From Candidatus Eiseniibacteriota bacterium (GTDB lineage Bacteria > ARS69), in assembly GCA_052390515.1 (NCBI GenBank), contig JBQTGV010000098.1, positions 1-12,781 of the forward strand: a stretch of 12,781 bases of DNA, written 5' to 3'. Positions 7,971 through 12,781 of this stretch are shown in pieces. Positions within the stretch are counted from its first letter, which is position 1. Every line of letters starts with the position of its first letter. The position numbers and the translations under genes were made by a program. The notes beneath the pieces are model-generated. The model ran no database searches and was not told the origin of the DNA. It saw only the letters and a program-made list of their open reading frames with translations.

Positions 7971-9152
7971 TCATCGCACCCGCGCCTCACCCCACGTGAA
8001 CCGTGAGTCGCCGCGGCCCCCTTGCGGCCCCTTCCGCCGGGCCTCGATCATGGCCCGCCGGGGCCCGATCACGACCGGCCACGGCGTCCAGCGCCACGGT
8101 GCCGTCATTGCGCGCATCAGGCGCACGGCCGTCGCGTGCGCGGCCCTGAATACCACGCGGTGACTCGCGCCCATGTCGCGTGCCACGAGACCGAGTGGGG
8201 TGCGCACGAGCACCGTTGCGAGCGGGGGGATCGCCGGCGGCTGCGCCCACTGCGCCGTCACCGGCGCCTGAAGCGAGAGCACCGACTCGGCGGCGATCTG
8301 CTCAAGCGCGTGCCGCAGGTCGCTCCGAAGCACTTCCAGGTTCTCCGCGATGGCCTGCGTGCGCAGTGCCTCCCGCGCTTGGCGGTAGAGCAGACGGGGG
8401 CTGCCGACGATGCGCGCCACCTCGGGAGGGAGCACGTGGCGATCCACGACGCTCAACCGTGCCAGTTCCTTGCTCTTAAACCACACCCGCCATACGTGGT
8501 ACGCGGTGCGGCCGCATGCCAGCGTGCGGCGACGGGGCCAGCCGTAGCGTGCCGCCATACGTCGAGTGCCGGCGATCAGGAACAACTGGCGCCGCTCGCG
8601 ACCGACGAAGGTCACGCCGTCGGCGTTCCACGAAGAGTCGAGGATCTCGATGAGCTGCCACGTCGCCGGGTCCCAGACCGGCTTGGCGGTCGGCACGTAG
8701 AAGCGCGAAGCGCCCGCAAGCGCGGGCGAGAGGGCGCGGCGCCAAAAGAGGGGAAGGCGACGCTGCCGGCGCACGCCGTCGCACATGCCCTCGGCAAGGA
8801 TCATGTGACACGTGGCGACGATCGCTCCACGGTGCGCGGGATGCGAGGCACTGAGCCGGCCGAGCGGTGAACGTTCGAGGAGCCGGAGCAGCGCGAGCCG
8901 AAACAGCGCGTCGTTCGAGTCCGCCTGGAGGAGCCGATCGAGGCGGGTTGACGCGAAAGCGGCCTCCGTCGACGGGTCGTGGTGCGCGGCCGCGAGGAGT
9001 TCGCGCGCGCGCGTCACGAGCACCTGATTCGCCACGTCCTGGGGCGCGAGGACCCAGTGACCGCCGAGGTTCAGACGCCACGACAGGCATAGCAGCGGAT
9101 ACGGCCAGCAGGCAGCAGCACTCTGCGGGTCGGGTTGCACGGCATATTGCAC
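7971..9152 (-). CDS. Hypothetical protein, 393 aa; first gene of the coupling-protein block
   Basis: GTG start with SD GGAGGTGAGG, protein-like composition, and a stop 13 nt from the next start. No family recognised. Confidence 0.65.
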   Translation of the reverse strand: MQYAVQPDPQSAAACWPYPLLCLSWRLNLGGHWVLAPQDVANQVLVTRARELLAAAHHDPSTEAAFASTRLDRLLQADSNDALFRLALLRLLERSPLGRLSASHPAHRGAIVATCHMILAEGMCDGVRRQRRLPLFWRRALSPALAGASRFYVPTAKPVWDPATWQLIEILDSSWNADGVTFVGRERRQLFLIAGTRRMAARYGWPRRRTLACGRTAYHVWRVWFKSKELARLSVVDRHVLPPEVARIVGSPRLLYRQAREALRTQAIAENLEVLRSDLRHALEQIAAESVLSLQAPVTAQWAQPPAIPPLATVLVRTPLGLVARDMGASHRVVFRAAHATAVRLMRAMTAPWRWTPWPVVIGPRRAMIEARRKGPQGGRGDSRFTWGEARVR

Positions 9153-9256
9153 GCCTCACCTCCGCTCGGCCAGCGACTGCGTCCTGCCTCGTGGCGGTCG
9201 CTGGATGTCTTGTCGAAGTCGGTGCGAGGCCCCGGAGTTCCCGGGGCGCTCGACGG

Positions 9257-9285
9257 AAAAAGCCGCGGCCCGAGGGGGCCGCGGC
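9257..9285 (-). terminator. Intrinsic terminator after the 265-aa gene
   Basis: Minus strand GCCGCGGCCC-CCTC-GGGCCGCGGC followed by TTTTT. Confidence 0.75.
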
Positions 9286-9333
9286 AGATGGTGGGGGTGG
9301 GGAAGGGCCAAGCTGATCCCCCACGTGTAGCTG

Positions 9334-10131
9334 TTAGGCCGTAACCGCCGGGCGAAGACGCCCGGTGTCGATGGCGCGGCCACGCTGAAGATCCTGCTTC
9401 CAGCGGGGCTGCTCTCTGAACGTCCTGCGGTCGAACTGCGTGTCTGCGTCCCGCCACGGATGCCCGATGCCGATCTGGTACTTCTCGCAGATCTGGGCGC
9501 CGAACATCGGACAGTACTGCTCACATCCGGGTTGGTCGCTCAGACACTGAATCCCGCCGTCCTGCGGCGCGTTGTAGCCAGGCGCCACCGCGACGTTCAT
9601 CCGGTGCCCGTTGCAGAACACCAGCCGGAGCCTCGTGTCGAGACTCTCGGCGAACTCCTGGTCGGCCATCCTCAGCTCAGCGAGCGGCCAGTCCGTCAGC
9701 TCCTCGCCGACGTGCGGTCCCTCGAGAACCTCGATGGTCGCCTTGCGCCCCTCGGCCCAGCGAACGAGCTGAACCACCGTGGACTCAGCCACGTCCATGC
9801 TGGCCGGGAGAAAGGGCGGCTTCGGGAGCACGTAGGGCGGAAGCCCCGCGCTCTCGACCACCCGCTTCCGCGCCCCGAAGATCTGCGATCGCAAGGCTTC
9901 GAGCCCGCCGTGCTCCTGCACGACCTGCTCGCCCTCTCTGACCGAGCCCCCGAGGCTCAGAAGGTCTCGCCGCAACGACTCCGTTGACCGGTACCCGTTG
10001 CCGACGATGTCGCCGACACAGATGCCGTACAGGAGCACGCTCGCCGCCCGCCGGATGTCCTCGACGACGCGACTGGGTGCCTTCAGCACCCCAGCGAGAA
10101 TCGCCCACACATCGATGAATGCGTCCCACAT
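9334..10131 (-). CDS. Hypothetical protein with a C-terminal Cys cluster, 265 aa
   Basis: SD AAGGAGGGG before the ATG. CLSDQPGCEQYCPMFGAQIC gives C-x6-C-x3-C-x7-C. Confidence 0.8.
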   Translation of the reverse strand: MWDAFIDVWAILAGVLKAPSRVVEDIRRAASVLLYGICVGDIVGNGYRSTESLRRDLLSLGGSVREGEQVVQEHGGLEALRSQIFGARKRVVESAGLPPYVLPKPPFLPASMDVAESTVVQLVRWAEGRKATIEVLEGPHVGEELTDWPLAELRMADQEFAESLDTRLRLVFCNGHRMNVAVAPGYNAPQDGGIQCLSDQPGCEQYCPMFGAQICEKYQIGIGHPWRDADTQFDRRTFREQPRWKQDLQRGRAIDTGRLRPAVTA

Positions 10132-10280
10132 GGCCCCTCCTTCTCGGCCCTCCCCACACTGCTACCTGCCAGCCCAAGTGGGGAGGCGAGCCGGAGGGGT
10201 TGGGCCGCGATGCCCCGAAGGGCACGACGTCCTTCCCCACCTCCCCGGTCGAGCCTCAACGGCCGCTCGACCGGTTCCTG

Positions 10281-10298
10281 ATCCGATTGTCAAAGAAC
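10281..10298 (-). promoter_or_regulatory. boxA-like Nus antitermination element (unit 3)
   Basis: Minus strand GTTCTTTGACAATCGGAT resembles rrn boxA (GYTCTTTRAMAA). Confidence 0.65.
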
Positions 10299-10375
10299 TG
10301 TGGCGGCGCGACGACCGCGCCGCCGAAAAGGGGAGGCAGAGGGGCCTAGGTTCTACCTCTCCCGCCTGCGCGCAC

Positions 10376-11374
10376 CTACCGCGCTGACGACGCCTTGCTC
10401 GGGCCTGCGCCCATGACAAGACGGCGCGCCACCTCAAGGGTGGCCTGCAACTGCGAGACCTCGAGACCGAAACGCTGCGCTTCCGTCTCGGCCAACCGCC
10501 GAGCCTGCCACCGATCGACCGCGACCGGCCGATCACCCTCCAGTCGCACGACGTCCGCGCGAATGGGGGGCGTGAGGTAACCGACGATCGTGAGCCACGC
10601 GAGGGCGGCCCACGGCTCGTCCGGCGCTCGACTCGGGAACCGCTGATCCCGAACGAGCCCCTCGAGCAGGTCGAGCATGCGGCGCTTCACCGCCGCACGC
10701 CGGGCGATGGTCGGCGAGTAGTCACCCAAGAGCTTGCGGGCGACGTCCTCACTGACCTCGAGACCCTTGATCTCGTACCGCAAGGTGTCCGGATCCCCGT
10801 CCAGCGCCTGCCGCTTCACCGACGCCATCAGGATGATCCGCGCCAGGCCGCGAGCGGCCTGGAAGCCACGCTCAAGGCCTTCCGCGTTGGGGAGGTACTT
10901 CGCCTCCTTACCGAAGAGACGCTTGAGCTGCCGGTCGGAGAGCTGCGCCGCGAAGGCGAGCTCGCCGCGCCCGACCTCACTGGGCTCGACATCGAGCCCG
11001 GCGAGGGCCCGCAACGCCTTCGCTCCTGCGACCGTGTCCTTGGCCGCGACTGCGACCTTGAGCCCGATCGCCGACTGCTGGAGCCTGGACGCTGCGGAGA
11101 TGAGCTGGTCCTTTCGCTTCTCGCGACGCTCACGTTCCCACGCACGAAGCACGTACTCCGCTTCGGGCGGCAGGTTGAGCATGGGCGCCACGCTCCCGTG
11201 CGCGGACGCTGGGGCTTCGATCCCCAGACGATCGCAGACCCGGAGGAATGCACGACGCACACGGCGCGTCGGCCTCCGAATCCCGAGCTCACGGGCGAGC
11301 TGCTGAACTCGCTGCAACGGGTCGCCCCCTTCCGGGAGCGCCTGCATCAACTGCTCTGCGAGCGCGTTGATCAT
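10376..11374 (-). CDS. Hypothetical, likely alpha-helical protein, 332 aa
   Basis: Start placed at MINALAEQL after GAGGGGGG. Ala/Leu/Arg/Glu-rich composition. No family recognised. Confidence 0.8.
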   Translation of the reverse strand: MINALAEQLMQALPEGGDPLQRVQQLARELGIRRPTRRVRRAFLRVCDRLGIEAPASAHGSVAPMLNLPPEAEYVLRAWERERREKRKDQLISAASRLQQSAIGLKVAVAAKDTVAGAKALRALAGLDVEPSEVGRGELAFAAQLSDRQLKRLFGKEAKYLPNAEGLERGFQAARGLARIILMASVKRQALDGDPDTLRYEIKGLEVSEDVARKLLGDYSPTIARRAAVKRRMLDLLEGLVRDQRFPSRAPDEPWAALAWLTIVGYLTPPIRADVVRLEGDRPVAVDRWQARRLAETEAQRFGLEVSQLQATLEVARRLVMGAGPSKASSAR

Positions 11375-11543
11375 GATGCTGTTCCCCCCTCGTGTTCGGC
11401 CCCCCCCCCCACCGGCCATGAGGACGTGCGCAATGGCGTACGACGGCGAAGAAAAAGAGGGCGAGGGCCGAACACGAGGGGACCCTGATCACACACAGGG
11501 AACCCCTCTGCCAGATCGGCGTTCTTGCGGAACGCCGATTCCT

Positions 11544-11561
11544 ATCCAGTTATCAAAGAGC
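11544..11561 (-). promoter_or_regulatory. boxA-like element (unit 2)
   Basis: Minus strand GCTCTTTGATAACTGGAT, preceded by a small hairpin GACGC-TGCAG-GCGTC (11564-11578). Confidence 0.65.
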
Positions 11562-11751
11562 CCGACGCCTGCAGCGTCCTGTCCTACCGTACGCGATCGC
11601 GATGCGGGGTGAGCGCGTCTCTGGGATCACTCCCCATCGCGTTCGTGAGCCCGATGCTGCGGCCCCATGGCGGTGTGATCCGCCACGGGGCCGTCGAGTG
11701 GTGGGGCAGAAGGGGCCGATCAAGGTTCTGCCCACCGGGTGCGACTTCGTA

Positions 11752-12018
11752 TCACTGGGCCGAGAGCAGCTGCTTGAGACGCTGGACGGCCACGTACTTC
11801 GCGGCCGCGGCGTCCCGTCGCGCCTGCTGCTCGGCGGTGTCCTCGACGAGCGGCTCGTCGAGCGTGAACCGCTCGGCGAGGAACGTCCCGCCGATGCAGT
11901 CCACCGAGTCGAGTGCCCACTGGCGATGTCCGACGTGCGTGAGCAGCAGCGTCTCTCCGGTCGGCTGAAGGACGGCACGAAAGCCGCCCTGAACTTCGTG
12001 GAACTCCACCGTCTGCAT
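11752..12018 (-). CDS. Hypothetical protein, 88 aa
   Basis: MQTVEFHEVQGG..KQLLSAQ, with SD GGGGGAGGA just upstream of the ATG at 12018. Confidence 0.75.
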   Translation of the reverse strand: MQTVEFHEVQGGFRAVLQPTGETLLLTHVGHRQWALDSVDCIGGTFLAERFTLDEPLVEDTAEQQARRDAAAAKYVAVQRLKQLLSAQ

Positions 12019-12171
12019 GTTCCTCCCCCTTCCCGGCCCCAATCGCAACGGCAGAGTCCTCCAGACGATGCAGTAGGCCGACAATCGAACGTGTGGGGGC
12101 CGGGAGAGCGGAAGGCCCCTGGAAGTACTCACAGGGTGTCCCCTTCTGCCCAGTCGGCGCCGATGGCGCCG

Positions 12172-12188
12172 ACGACTTATCAAAGAGC
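12172..12188 (-). promoter_or_regulatory. boxA-like element (unit 1)
   Basis: Minus strand GCTCTTTGATAAGTCGT. Confidence 0.6.
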
Positions 12189-12262
12189 GAGAGCAACCTT
12201 CGACAGACAGCATACGGATGTCCGCCACCATGAGGACGGACCCTGGACTCCGCGGAGGGTCC

Positions 12263-12781
12263 TCATGGCGTGCGCCCGGCCTGGGCCGAGGCGACAGGCG
12301 CCGTATGCGCTCGCTGGGCCTGGAGTGCGAGGTAGGCCCGCGCGACCTTGTGGGCGTACCCGAGCTTCCGATGCGGGGTCGCGGAGTGGTAGCGGCCCAC
12401 GCCACCCCAGCCCGACTCGAGCTCCATCGTGGAGCGAAGGATCAGCGCCGCAACCACAAGGTTTGTCCACGGGTCGAGGAGATCGGCCTTCCGGAGGCCG
12501 AAGACCTGGCCCCAGTGGCGGTAGGAGATCTGTCCGTAGCCGATGTCGACGTCCTGGCTGACCCTCGCCAGCAGCTGCTCCGCTTCCTGCCGCGTGCGTG
12601 GGTAGTAGCCCACGCCGCCGACGTTGAGGGCCCATGGCCAGCCCTGGCTCTCGACCCAGACGACGGAGGCTAAGACGTCGGGATGGACGCCCGCGTGTTG
12701 CGCGGCGGCGGCGATGAGCACGCCGAGATACTCGCGATCGACGCCGGCGCTCGTCGCGGCCGCCTGGCTTGGGCCATAGAC
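12263..12781 (-). CDS. Lytic transglycosylase (SLT, VirB1/PilT-like), 5' end outside the window
   Basis: Catalytic VVWVES, PWALNVGG, VDIGYGQIS, LLDPWTNL and VGRYHS motifs. The frame stays open to the window edge. Confidence 0.9.
   Translation of the reverse strand, partial: VYGPSQAAATSAGVDREYLGVLIAAAAQHAGVHPDVLASVVWVESQGWPWALNVGGVGYYPRTRQEAEQLLARVSQDVDIGYGQISYRHWGQVFGLRKADLLDPWTNLVVAALILRSTMELESGWGGVGRYHSATPHRKLGYAHKVARAYLALQAQRAHTAPVASAQAGRTP

Larger units (their letters stand above)
1..12781 (-). mobile_element. Segment of a conjugative plasmid or ICE; boundaries not visible
   Basis: Coupling protein, VirB1-like transglycosylase and a ParM/ParR partition pair occur together with many orphan genes. 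Confidence 0.8.

Noticed and set aside
5609-7999. 796-aa plus-strand ORF and other long plus-strand ORFs (164-1423, 3124-4119, 11602-12561)
   Set aside because: They are antisense to motif-bearing minus-strand genes, Arg/Gly-rich and motif-free: shadow ORFs expected at high GC.
9334-12018. Classical type I toxin-antitoxin loci
   Set aside because: The mRNA architecture is reminiscent, but the ORFs are 88-332 aa rather than short hydrophobic peptides, and no antisense promoter or terminator was identified.
9257-12188. Integron attC cassettes or a CRISPR array as the explanation of the repeated units
   Set aside because: No RYYYAAC/GTTRRRY core sites at the unit ends, no integrase or cas genes in the window, and no identical direct repeats with spacers.
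12176-12240. Plus-strand CTTATCAAAGAG, resembling the 5' end of a SAM-I riboswitch (also near 11550)
   Set aside because: The rest of the SAM-I core is not evident and no plus-strand gene follows. The reverse-complement boxA reading explains all three copies.
12228-12268. Inverted repeat CCATGAGGAC/GTCCTCATGG at the transglycosylase stop as a terminator
   Set aside because: No U-tract follows, so it cannot be called an intrinsic terminator.
11752-12405. Longer starts from the ORF track (217-aa form here; also starts at 11419, 7990, 7002 and 6263)
   Set aside because: The extensions overlap upstream genes or structured leaders and lack an SD. The internal starts have an SD or a stop-start overlap.

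Overview
Very GC-rich window whose credible genes all lie on the minus strand. It looks like part of a conjugative plasmid or ICE from a diderm bacterium. In transcription order (right to left): a 5'-truncated VirB1-like lytic transglycosylase; three hypothetical genes (88, 332, 265 aa); a translationally coupled block of a 393-aa unknown, a membrane-anchored HD-domain protein, two small membrane proteins and a TraD/VirD4/DotL-type coupling ATPase; a ParM/StbA actin-like ATPase and ParR-like adaptor with three 11-bp repeats between them; a ~750-bp non-coding stretch; a probably frameshifted DUF3977-like gene; and a class II CCA-adding enzyme with an HD domain. The most unusual signal is non-coding. 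Each of the three hypothetical genes sits in the same structural frame: an rRNA-type boxA, a hairpin, a 10-12 nt arm, a small hairpin and a stem that covers the Shine-Dalgarno. After the stop codon comes the exact reverse complement of that gene's own arm, followed 10 nt later by a strong hairpin. The sequences differ between units but the pairing is kept, which suggests an undescribed RNA (or ssDNA) regulatory or processing system. All family assignments come from motif recognition by eye; no searches or folding programs were run.
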